From Dicyema japonicum (Eukaryota; Animalia; Dicyemida): a stretch of DNA of 33,000 nt. Under the pieces are notes generated by a model. The model saw nothing but the letters and a program-made list of their open reading frames with translations. It had not been told where the DNA came from and did no database searches. The translations under genes and the position numbers were made by a program. The stretch covers positions 1,759,355-1,792,354 of the forward strand of contig RDEW01000004.1 in assembly GCA_011109175.1 (NCBI GenBank). Reading direction: 5' to 3'. Of this stretch, positions 32,751 through 33,000 are shown one piece after another (position 1 is the first letter of the stretch; each line of letters begins with the position of its first letter).

Positions 32751-33000
32751 AAAGTTTGCTTCAAAACAATTTTATCGAAATTAATATTCACAATTTAGTC
32801 TTGGAGATAAGAATGTTAAAATTCTCCAGACTTTACTGATAGAAGTAGCAAGGCAAGGAACTTGCCGAAAACATGAGCCTTTGGAAGGAAAAGATAATTC
32901 TTTAATAGAAAAAACGCAGTATGTAGATCAAGTTAGAGTAGATCAACGGTGTCACCACTAATCTCAGAATGTTTTATATTATGAATACGAAAGATAATTT

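Noticed and set aside
1-33000. Reassigned stop codons (ciliate-like genetic code) to explain in-frame stops
   Set aside because: The well-supported genes have no in-frame stops after splicing and end in TGA, TAA or TAG. The decayed loci contain all three stop types plus frameshifts.

Overview
This is AT-rich eukaryotic DNA, not prokaryotic, and most of it is decayed transposons. Recognisable element types are RTE-like and Jockey/I-like LINEs, eight CRE-like fragments, one R4-like RLE fragment, a BEL/Pao-like 3' end with an LTR, and a pogo/Tigger transposase. A few host genes lie between them and become readable only after splicing out very short GT-AG introns (about 19-27 nt). The best-supported gene is a six-exon DRAM/TMEM150 (Frag1/DRAM/Sfk1) homologue at 10689-11451 with one single-base frameshift. 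Also present are an intact four-exon TMEM272-like membrane protein gene (823-1409), two small orphan genes (19240-19684, 21015-21326), a tandem pair of acidic-protein paralogues (21795-23109) and several decayed multi-exon genes. An animal-type DRAM with miniature introns points to a reduced metazoan such as a dicyemid-like parasite; this is inference, not an identification. Notable structures are a 5'-inverted RTE copy, an LTR-like repeat pair bracketing a CRE fragment, and a GATCACCT motif shared by four LINE 3' ends. All family calls come from manual translation and remembered motifs, with no database search. Transposon boundaries are approximate (about +/-30-50 nt).
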